A stretch of 64,000 bases of DNA from the human T2T-CHM13v2.0 reference genome, Homo sapiens: the NCBI RefSeq assembly GCF_009914755.1, contig NC_060948.1; one strand, written 5' to 3'. Made by a program: the position numbers and the translations under genes. Positions 1-11,500 of the stretch are shown here, one piece after another. The notes under the pieces are model-generated. The model made no database searches. It saw only the letters and a list, made by a program, of their open reading frames with translations, and was not told the DNA's origin. The first letter of the stretch is position 1; each line of letters opens with the position of its first letter.

Positions 1-925
1 GAATGGAGTGGAGTGGACTCGAATATAATGGACTGGAATGGAATGAAATCACATGGAATGGGAACGAATGGAATGGAATGGAAAGGAATGGAATCGAATG
101 GAAAGGAATCGAATGGAAGGGAATGAAATTGAATCAACAGGAATGGAAGGGAATAGAATAGACGGTAATGGAATGGACTCGAATAGAATGGACACGAATG
201 CTGAAATGGAATGGACTCGAATGGAATGGAAACGAAAGGAATGTCATCGAATGGAATTGAATCGATTGGAATGAAATCGCATAGAATGGAGTGGAATCAA
301 ATGGAATTGAATCGAAAGGAAAGGAAGCGAATGGACTGAATTGAAATGGAATGGAATTGAATGGAAAGTAATGCAATGGAATAGAATGGAACGAAATTTC
401 ACGGAATGGAATCAAACTGAATGGAATCAAATCAATGGAATCAAATCAAATGGAATGGAAAGGAATTGAATGGAGTAGATTGGATTGGATGGGATTGGAA
501 TGAAATGTACTGGAAAGGACTCGAATTTCATGAAACGGAATGGAATGAATTGGAACGGAATGGACTCGAATGGAATGGAATGTCATGGAATGGCATCAAA
601 TGGAATGGCATCAAATGGAATGGAATCGAATGCAATGGAATGCTATGGAATGGAATGGAATGCATTGGAATGGAATGTCCTCTAATGGAATGGATTCGAG
701 TGGAATGGAATCGAATATAATGGAGTCGAATGAAATGGAATTGAAAGGAATGGGATCGAATACAATGGAATATACTGGAATGTAATGTAATGAACTCGAA
801 TGTAATTGACTGGAATGGAATGTACATGAATGGAATGTAATCGAATGGAAAGTAATCCAATGGAATAGAATCTAATGCAATAAAATCGACTCAGATAGAG
901 TAGAATGTAATGGAATGGAGTGCAG

Positions 926-990
926 TGCAATGGAATGGAATGGAATGGAATGCAATGGAATGGAATGGAATGGAATGGAATGGAATGGGA
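926..990 (+). repeat. Hypervariable near-pure (TGGAA)n tract, present once per unit
   Basis: Lies between GTGCAGTGCAA and TGGGATGG. Perfect run of 6 pentamers here, 11 at ~8094-8148, 4 at 32941-32960, 7 at 36455-36489, 8 at 43582-43621, 10 at 54243-54292 and 12 at 57777-57836. Confidence 0.9.
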
Positions 991-1726
991 TGGAATGGTA
1001 TGGAATGGACAGTAATGGACTGGAGTGAAATGGACTGGAAAGGAATGGACTCAAATTGAAAGGGCTCGAAAGGAATAGAGACAAATGGAATGGTCTGGAA
1101 TGGAATGAACACGAATGTAATGCAATCCAATAGAATGGAGTCGAATGGCATGGAATATAAAGAAATGGAATCGAAGAGAATGGAAACAAATGGAATGGAA
1201 TTGAATGGAATGGAATTGAATGGAATGCGAACGAATGGCGTGAAATTTTATGCAGTAGAAGAGAATAGAATGGAATGCAAGAGAAACGAAAGGAATGGAT
1301 TGGAATGGAATGGAATTCATTGGAATGGAAGGGAATGTAGTGTAATGGACAGGCCTGGAATAAAGTGGAATGCTACGGTCTCGAATGGAATAAAAATGTA
1401 TGGAATGGAATGCAATGAAACGGAATCGAATGTCATAGAATGTAATGGAATGCAAAAAATTGGAATCCAAAATCATTGACTGGAAAGGCTGGGTGTCGAA
1501 AGGAATTGACTCCAATGGAATGGAATCGAATGGAATGGAAGTGAATAGAATCGAACTAAATCGAATGGAATGGAATTGATAGGAACGGAATGGAAAGGAA
1601 TGCAATGATTTGGCATGGAATGGAATCGAATGGCATCGAATGGAATGGAATGGAATGCAATGGAATGGAATGTATTAGAATGAAATGAACTTTAATGGAA
1701 TGTACTCGAATGGATTCGACTGGAAT

Positions 1727-1741
1727 GGAATGTTCTGGAAG
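1727..1741. promoter_or_regulatory. Perfect three-unit heat shock element motif (HSE-1 of the unit)
   Basis: gGAAtgTTCtgGAAg matches nGAAnnTTCnnGAAn; intact in 14 of 18 units by my count. Motif match only; binding not shown. Confidence 0.6.
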
Positions 1742-2006
1742 TGAATGGACTCCAATGGAATGGATTCAAAAGGAATGGAATCGTACGGAATGGAATCTAA
1801 TGGAATGGAATTAAATGGAAATGAATCAAATTGAATAGCACGGAATTGAATTGAATGGAATGGAATGCAATGGAATCTAATGAAACGGAAAGGAAAGGAA
1901 TGGAATGGAATGGAATGGGTTGGAATGGAAAGGAATCGAAACGAATGGAATGGAATCGAACTGAAGAGACTGGAATGGAATGCACTGGAATGGAAGGGAG
2001 TGTAAT

Positions 2007-2021
2007 GGAAAGTTCTCGAAA
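2007..2021. promoter_or_regulatory. Perfect three-unit heat shock element motif (HSE-2 of the unit)
   Basis: gGAAagTTCtcGAAa (GAAggTTCtcGAA in other copies); intact in 16 of 18 units by my count. Motif match only. Confidence 0.6.
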
Positions 2022-3037
2022 AAAATGGAATCGAATGGAATGGAATTGAATGGAACGGAATAGAGTCGAATGGAATTGAATGGAATGGAATGGACTAGAG
2101 TGAAATGGAATCGAACCACAAGGAATGGACAGGAATAGAATGGTCTCGAATTGAATGGGATCGTATGGAATGGCGTCAAACGGAATGGAATGGACAGCCA
2201 CGGAATGGAATGCACTCGAATGCAATGGAGTCGAAACTAATGGACTGGAATAGAATGGACTCGACTGGTACGGACTCCAATGGAATGGAATCGAATGGAA
2301 GGGAATCGAACGGAATGGACTCGAAGGGAAAAGACTGCAATGGAAAGGTCTCGAATGGAATGGAAATTAATGGAATGGAATGGAATCGAATGAAATGGAG
2401 TCAAAAGGAATGGAATCGAATGGCAAGAAATCGAATGTAATGGAATCGCAAGGAATTGATGCGAACGGAACGGAATGGAATGGAATCCAAAGGAATGGAA
2501 TAGAATGGAATGGAATCGAATGGAAAGGACTCGAATGGAAATCAATCGAATAGAATGCAATTTAATAAAATAGGATCAAATGTAATGGAATGGAATGGAA
2601 AGGAATCGAAACGAAAGGAATGGAGACAGATGGAATGGAATGGAACAGAGAGCAATGGTATAGAATGGAATGGAATCATCTGGAATGGAATTGAATGGAA
2701 TGGAATGGAATAATATGAAATGGAATGGAATGGAATGGAATGGAATGCCCTTGAATTAAATGGACTGGAATGGAATGGACTCGAACAGAGTGGAATGGAA
2801 AGTGTTGAGATAGAATGGAATGGACTCCTTTGGAATGGTCTAGTATGCAATGCAATCGACTGGCAGGGAATCAAAAGGAATGTAATCGAATGGATTGGAC
2901 TGGAATGCAATGGACTCGAATAGATTGGAAACGGAATGCAAAGGAAAGGAATGGAATAGTATGGAATGGAATGGAAAGGAATGGAGTGGAATAGACTAGA
3001 GTGGAATGGAATGGACTGGAAAGCAATGGACTGGAAT

Positions 3038-3052
3038 GGAACTTTCTTGAAT
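3038..3052. promoter_or_regulatory. Perfect three-unit heat shock element motif (HSE-3 of the unit)
   Basis: gGAActTTCttGAAt; intact in 15 of 18 units by my count. Motif match only. Confidence 0.6.
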
Positions 3053-3187
3053 GGACTGGAATCAAACGGAATGGAATGCAATGCAATCAAATGGCATGGA
3101 ATAAAATAGAATGAAAGAGAATCAAATGGAATTGAATCGAATGGAATCGAATGGATTGGAAAGGAATAGAATGGAATGGAATGGAAT

Positions 3188-3194
3188 TGACTCA
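3188..3194. promoter_or_regulatory. AP-1 consensus motif TGACTCA, polymorphic between units
   Basis: Context GGAAT-TGACTCA-AATGG; intact in 11 of 18 units by my count. Motif match only. Confidence 0.35.
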
Positions 3195-6100
3195 AATGGA
3201 ATGGACTAGAATGGAATGGATTCGAATGGAAGGCAAAGGAATGGAATCTATTGGAATGGACTGTAATGGAATGCAATGGAAGGGATTGGAATGGACTCGA
3301 GTGGAATGGACTGCAATAGAAAGGATTCGAATGGAATGAAAAAGAATTGAATGGAATAGAACAGAATGGAATCAAATCGAATGAAATGGAATGGAATAGA
3401 AAGGAATGGAATGAAATGGAATGGAAAGGATTCGAATGGAATGCAATCGAATGGAATGGAATCGAACGGAATGGAATAAAATGGAAGAAAACTGGCAAGA
3501 AATGGAATCGAAATGAATGGAGTGTTATGGAACGGACTCAAAAGGAATTGAATGTAATAGAATGGAGTGGAGTGGACTCGAATATAATGGACTGGAATGG
3601 AATGAAATCACATGGAATGGGAACGAATGGAATGGAATGGAAAGGAATGGAATCGAATGGAAAGGAATCGAATGGAAGGGAATGAAATTGAATCAACAGG
3701 AATGGAAGGGAATAGAATAGACGGTAATGGAATGGACTCGAATAGAATGGACACGAATGCTCAAATTGAATGGACTCGAATGGAATGGAAACGAAAGGAA
3801 TGTCATCGAATGGAATTGAATCGATTGGAATGAAATCGCATAGAATGGAGTGGAATCAAATGGAATTGAATCGAAAGGAAAGGAAGCGAATGGACTGAAA
3901 TGAAATGGAATGGAATTGAATGGAAAGTAATGCAATGGAATAGAAGGGAACGAAATTTCACGGAATGGAATCAAACTGAATGGAATCAAATCAATGGAAT
4001 CTAATCAAATGGAATGGAAAGGAATTGAATGGAGTAGATTGGATTGGATGGGATTGGAATGAAATGTACTGGAAAGGACTCGAATTTCATGAAACGGAAT
4101 GGAATGAATTGGAACGGAATGGACTCGAATGGAATGGAATGGCATGGAATGGCATCAAATGGAATGACATCAAATGGAATGGAATCGAATGCAATGGAAT
4201 GCTATGGAATGGAATGGAATGCATTGGAATGGAATGTCCTCTAATGGAATGGATTCGAGTGGAATGGAATCGAATATAATGGAGTCGAATGAAATGGAAT
4301 TGAAAGGAATGGGATCGAATACAATGGAATATACTGGAATGTAATGTAATGAACTCGAATGTAATTGACTGGAATGGAATGTACATGAATGGAATGTAAT
4401 CGAATGGAAAGTAATCCAATGGAATAGAATCTAATGCAATAAAATCGACTCAGATAGAGTAGAATGTAATGGAATGGAGTGCAGTGCAATGGAATGGAAT
4501 GGAATGGAATGCAATGGAATGGAATGGAATGGAATGGAATGGAATTGAATGGGATGGAATGGTATGGAATGGACAGTAATGGACTGGAGTGAAATGGACT
4601 GCAAAGGAATGGACTCAAATTGAAAGGGCTCGAAAGGAATGGAGACAAATGGAATGGTCTGGAATGGAATGAACACGAATGTAATGCAATCCAATAGAAT
4701 GGAGTCGAATGGCATGGAATATAAAGAAATGGAATCGAAGAGAATGGAAACAAATGGAATGGAATTGAATGGAATGGAATTGAATGGAATGGGAAAGAAT
4801 GGAGTGAAATTGTATGCAGTAGAAGAGAATAGAATGGAATGCAAGCGAAAGGAAAGGAATGGATTGGAATGGAATGGAATTCATTGGAATGGAAGGGAAT
4901 GTAGTGTAATGGACAGGCCTGGAATAAAGTGGAATGCTACGGTCTCGAATGGAATAAAAATGTATGGAATGGAATGCAATGAAACGGAATCGAATGTCAT
5001 AGAATGTAATGGAATGCAAAAAAATGGAATCCAAAATCATTGACTGGAAAGGCTGGGTGTCGAAAGGAATTGACTCCAATGGAATGGAATCGAATGGAAT
5101 GGAAGTGAATAGAATCGAACTAAATCGAATGGAATGGAATTGATAGGAACGGAATGGAAAGGAATGCAATGATTTGGCATGGAATGGAATCGAATGGCAT
5201 CGAATGGAATGGAATGGAATGCAATGGAATGGAATGTATTAGAATGTAATGAACTTTAATGGAATGTACTCGAATGGATTCGACTGGAATGGAATGTTCT
5301 GGAAGTGAATGGACTCCAATGGAATGGATTCAAAAGGAATGGAATCGTACGGAATGGAATCTAATGGAATGGAATTAAATGGAAATGAATCAAATTGAAT
5401 AGCACGGAATTGAATTGAATGGAATGGAATGCAATGGAATCTAATGAAACGGAAAGGAAAGGAATGGAATGGAATGGAATGGGCTGGAATGGAAAGGAAT
5501 CGAAACGAATGGAATGGAATCGAACTGAAGAGACTGGAATGGAATGCACTGGAATGGAAGGGAGTGTAATGGAAGGTTCTCGAAAAAAATGGAATCGAAT
5601 GGAATGGAATTGAATGGAACGGAATAGAGTCGAATGGAATTGAATGGAATGGAATGGACTAGAGTGAAATGGAATCGAACCACAAGGAATGGACAGGAAT
5701 AGAATGGTCTCGAATTGAATGGAATCGTATGGAATGGCATCAAACGGAATGGAATGGACAGCCACGGAATGGAACGCACTCGAATGCAATGGAGTCGAAA
5801 CTAATGGACTGGAATAGAATGGACTCGACTGGTACGGACTCCAATGGAATGGAATCGAATGGAAGGGAATCGAACGGAATGGACTCGAAGGGAAAAGACT
5901 GCCATGGAAAGGTCTCGAATGGAATGGAAATTAATGGAATGGAATGGAATCGAATGAAATGGAGTCAAAAGGAATGGAATCGAATGGCAAGAAATCGAAT
6001 GTAATGGAATCGCAAGGAATTGATGTGAACGGAACGGAATGGAATGGAATCCAAAGGAATGGAATAGAATGGAATGGAATCGAATGGAAAGGACTCGAAT

Positions 6101-8378
6101 GGAAATCACTCGAATAGAATGCAACTTAATAAAATAGGATCAAATGTAATGGAATGGAATGGAAAGGAATCAAAACGAAAGGAATGGAGACAGATGGAAT
6201 GGAATGGAACAGAGAGCAATGGTATAGAATGGAATGGAATCATCTGGAATGGAATTGAATGGAATGGAATAATATGAAATGGAATGGAATGGAATGGAAT
6301 GGAATGCCCTTGAATTAAATGGACTGGAATGGAATGGACTCGAACAGAGTGGAATGGAAAGTGTTGAGATAGAATGGAATGGACTCCTTTGGAATGGTGT
6401 AGTATGCAATGCAATCGACTGGCAGGGAATCAAAAGGAATGTAATGGAATGGACTGGACTGGAATGCAATGGACTCGAATAGATTGGAAACGGAATGCAA
6501 AGGAATGGAATGGAATAGTATGGAATGGAATGGAAAGGAATGGAGTGGAATAGACTAGAGTGGAATGGAATGGACTGGAAAGCAATGGACTGGAATGGAA
6601 CTTTCTTGAATGGACTGGAATCAAACGGAATGGAATGCAATGCAATCAAATTGCATGGAATAAAATAGAATGAAAGAGAATGAAATGGAATTGAATCGAA
6701 TGGAATCGAATGGATTGGAAAGGAATAGAATGGAATGGAATGGAATTGACTCAAATGGAATGGACTAGAATGGAATGGATTCGAATGGAAGGCAAAGGAA
6801 TGGAATCTATTGGAATGGACTGTAATGGAATGGAATGGAAGGGATTGGAATGGACTCGAATGGAATGGACTGCAATAGAAAGGATTCGAATGGAATGAAA
6901 AAGAATTGAATGGAATAGAACAGAATGGAATCAAATCGAATGAAATGGAATGGAATAGAAAGGAATGGAATGAAATGGAATGGAAAGGATTCGAATGGAA
7001 TGCAATCGAATGGAATGGAATCGAACGGAATGGAATAAAATGGAAGAAAACTGGCAAGAAATGGAATCGAAAGGAATGGAGTGTTATGGAACGGACTCAA
7101 AAGGAATTGTATGTAATAGAATGGAGTGGAGTGGACTCGAATATAATGGACTGGAATGGAATGAAATCACATGGAATGGGAACGAATGGAATGGAATGGA
7201 AAGGAATGGAATCGAATGGAAAGGAATCGAATGGAAGGGAATGAAATTGAATCAACAGGAATGGAAGGGAATAGAATAGACGGTAATGGAATGGACTCGA
7301 ATAGAATGGACACGAATGCTCAAATTGAATGGACTCGAATGGAATGGAAACGAAAGGAATGTCATCGAATGGAATTGAATCGATTGGAATGAAATCGCAT
7401 AGAATGGAGTGGAATCAAATGGAATTGAATCGAAAGGAAAGGAAGCGAATGGACTGAAATGAAATGGAATGGAATTGAATGGAAAGTAATGCAATGGAAT
7501 AGAATGGAACGAAATTTCACGGAATGGAATCAAACTGAATGGAATCAAATCAATGGAATCAAATCAAATGGAATGGAAAGGAATTGAATGGAGTAGATTG
7601 GATTGGATGGGATTGGAATGATATGTACTGGAAAGGACTCGAATTTCATGAAACGGAATGGAATGAATTGGAAAGGAATGGACTCGAATGGAATGGAATG
7701 TCATGGAATGGCATCAAATGGAATGGCATCAAATGGAATGGAATCGAATGCAATGGAATGCTATGGAATGGAATGGAATGCATTGGAATGGAATGGAATG
7801 CATTGGAATGGAATGTCCTCTAATGGAATGGATTCGAGTGGAATGGAATCGAATATAATGGAGTCGAATGAAATGGAATTGAAAGGAATGGGATCGAATA
7901 CAATGGAATATACTGGAATGTAATGTAATGAACTCGAATGTAATTGACTGGAATGGAATGTACATGAATGGAATGTAATCGAATGGAAAGTAATCCAATG
8001 GAATAGAATCTAATGCAATAAAATCGACTCAGATAGAGTAGAATGTAATGGAATGGAGTGCAGTGCAATGCAATGGAATGGAATGGAATGCAATGGAATG
8101 GAATGGAATGGAATGGAATGGAATGGAATGGAATGGAATGGAATGGAATGGGATGGAATGGTATGGAATGGATAGTAATGGACTGGAGTGAAATGGACTG
8201 GAAAGGAATGGACTCAAATTGAAAGGGCTCTAAAGGAATGGATTCAAATGGAATGGTCTGGAATGGAATGAACACGAAAGTAATGCAATCCAATAGAATG
8301 GAATCGAATGGCATGGAATATAAAGAAATGGAATCGAAGAGAATGGAAACAAATGGAATGGAATTGAATGGAATGGAA

Positions 8379-8532
8379 TTGAATGGAATGGGAACGAATG
8401 GAGTGAAATTGTATGCAGTAGAAGGGAATAGAATGGAATGCAAGCGAAAGGAAAGGAATGGATTGGAATGGAATGGAATTCATTGGAATGGAAGGGAATG
8501 TAGTGTAATGGACAGGCCTGGAATAAAGTGGA
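8379..8532 (+). other. Target of the classic DYZ1 Y-sexing PCR (154 bp in this copy; recurs in every unit, with primer-site mismatches in some)
   Basis: TTGAATGGAATGGGAACGAATGG (8379-8401) and GGACAGGCCTGGAATAAAGTGGA (8510-8532) match my recollection of the Y1.2 primer and the reverse complement of the Y1.1 primer. This is recalled from memory, not database-checked. Confidence 0.75.
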
Positions 8533-11500
8533 ATGCTACGGTCTGGAATGGAATAAAAATGTATGGAATGGAATGCAATGAAACGGAATCGAATGTCATA
8601 GAATGTAATGGAATGCAAACAAATGGAATCCAAAATCATTGACTGGAAAGGCTGGGTGTCGAAAGGAATTGACTCCAATGGAATGGAATCGAATGGAATG
8701 GAAGTGAATAGAATCGAACTAAATCGAATGGAATGGAATTGATAGGAACGGAATGGAAAGGAATGCAATGATTTGGCACGGAATGGAATCGAATGGCATC
8801 GAATGGAATGGAATGGAATGCAATGAAATGGAACGTATTAGAATGTAATGAACTTTAATGGAATGTACTCGAATGGAATCGACTGGAATGGAATGTTCTG
8901 GAAGTGAATGGACTCCAATGGAATGGAAACAAAAGGAATGGAATCGTACGGAATGGAATCTAATGGAATGGAATTAAATGGAAATGAATCAAATTGAATA
9001 GCATGGAATTGAATTGAATGGAATCGAATGCAATGGAATCTAATGAAACGGAAAGGAAAGGAATGGAATGGAATGGAATGGGCTGGAATGGAAAGGAATC
9101 GAAACGAATGGAATGGAATCGAATTGACGAGACTGGAATGGAATGCACTGGAATGGAAGGGAGTGTAATGGAAGGTTCTCGAAAAAAATGGAATCGAAAG
9201 GAATGGAATTGAATGGAACGGAATAGAGTCGAATGGAATTGAATAGAATGGAATGGACTAGAGTGAAATGGAATCGAACCACAAGGAATGGACAGGAATA
9301 GAATGGTCTCGAATTGAATGGAATCGTATGGAATGGCATCAAACGGAATGGAATGGATAGCCACGGAATGGAATGCACTCGAATGCAATGGAGTCGAAAC
9401 TAATGGACTGGAATAGAATGGACTCGACTCGTACGGACTCCAATGGAATGGAATCGAATGGAAGGGAATCGAACGGAATGGACTCGAAGGGAAAAGACTG
9501 CAATGGAAAGGTCTCGAATGGAATGGAAATTAATGGAATGGAATGGAATCGAATGAAATGGAGTCAAAAGGAATGGAATCGAATGGCAAGAAATCGAATG
9601 TAATGGAATCGCAAGGAATTGATGTGAACGGAACGGAATGGAATGGAATCCAAAGGAATGGAATAGAATGGAATGGAATCGAATGGAAAGGACTCGAATG
9701 GAAATCACTCGAATAGAATGCAATTTAATAAAATAGGATCAAATGTAATGGAATGGAATGGAAAGGAATCGAAACGAAAGGAATGGAGACAGATGGAATG
9801 GAATGGAACAGAGAGCAATGGTATAGAATGGAATGGAATCATCTGGAATGGAATTGAATGGAATGGAATAATATGAAATGGAATGGAATGGAATGGAATG
9901 GAATGCCCTTGAATTAAATGGACTGGAATGGAATGGACTCGAACAGAGTGGAATGGAAAGTGTTGAGATAGAATAGAATGGACTCGTTTGGAATGGTCTA
10001 GTATGCAATGCAATCGACTGGCAGGGAATCAAAAGGAATGTAATGGAATGGATTGGACAGGAATTAAATGGACTCGAATAGATTGGAAACGGAATGCAAA
10101 GGAATGGAATGGAATAGTATGGAATGGAATGGAAAGGAATGGAGTGGAATAGACTAGAGTGGAATGGAATGGACTGGAAAGCAATAGACTGGAATGGAAC
10201 TTTCTTGAATGGACTGGAATCAAACGGAATGGAATGTAATGCAATCAAATGGCATGGAATAAAATAGAATGAAAGAGAATCAAATGGAATTGAATCGAAT
10301 GGAATCGAATGGATTGGAAAGGAATAGAATGGAATGGAATGGAATTGACTCAAATGGAATGGACTAGAATGGAATGGATTCGAATGGAAGGCAAAGGAAT
10401 GGAATCTATTGGAATGGACTGTAATGGAATGGAATGGAAGGGATTGGAATGGACTCGAATGGAATGGACTGCAATAGAAAGGATTCGAATGGAATGAAAA
10501 AGAATTGAATGGAATAGAACAGAATGGAATCAAATCGAATGAAATGGAATGGAATAGAAAGGAATGGAATGAAATGGAATGGAAAGGATTCGAATGGAAT
10601 GCAATCGAATGGAATGGAATCGAACGGAATGGAATAAAATGGAAGAAAACTGGCAAGAAATGGAATCGAAATGAATGGAGTGTTATGGAACGGACTCAAA
10701 AGGAATTGAATGTAATAGAATGGAGTGGAGTGGACTCGAATATAATGGACTGGAATGGAATGAAATCACATGGAATGGGAACGAATGGAATGGAATGGAA
10801 AGGAATGGAATCGAATGGAAAGGAATCGAATGGAAGGGAATGAAATTGAATCAACAGGAATGGAAGGGAATAGAATAGACGGTAATGGAATGGACTCGAA
10901 TAGAATGGACACGAATGCTGAAATGGAATGGACTCGAATGGAATGGAAACGAAAGGAATGTCATCGAATGGAATTGAATCGATTGGAATGAAATCGCATA
11001 GAATGGAGTGGAATCAAATGGAATTGAATCGAAAGGAAAGGAAGCGAATGGACTGAAATGAAATGGAATGGAATTGAATGGAAAGTAATGCAATGGAATA
11101 GAATGGAACGAAATTTCACAGAATGGAATCAAACTGAATGGAATCAAACCAATGGAATCAAATCAAATGGAATGGAAAGGAATTGAATGGAGTAGATTGG
11201 ATTGGATGGGATTGGAATGAAATATACTGGAAAGGACTCGAATTTCATGAAACGGAATGGAATGAATTGGAACGGAACGGACTCGAATGGAATGGAATGT
11301 CATGGAATGGCATCAAATGGAATGGCATCAAATGGAATGGAATCGAATGCAATGGAATGCTATGGAATGGAATGGAATGCATTTTAATGGAATGTCCTCT
11401 AATGGAATGGATTCGAGTGGAATGGAATCGAATATAATGGAGTCGAATGAAATGGAATTGAAAGGAATGGGATCGAATACAATGGAATATACTGGAATGT

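Larger units (their letters stand above)
1351..4914 (+). repeat. DYZ1: Representative full DYZ1 unit (StuI to StuI, 3564 bp)
   Basis: Bounded by consecutive AGGCCT sites, with one GAATTC 38 bp upstream of each StuI site (e.g. 1313-1318). Landmarks GGCTGGGTGTCG, CAGCCACGG, GAGACAGATG, TGCCCTTG, GGCAGGG and GTCCTCT each occur once per unit in the same order. Confidence 0.95.
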
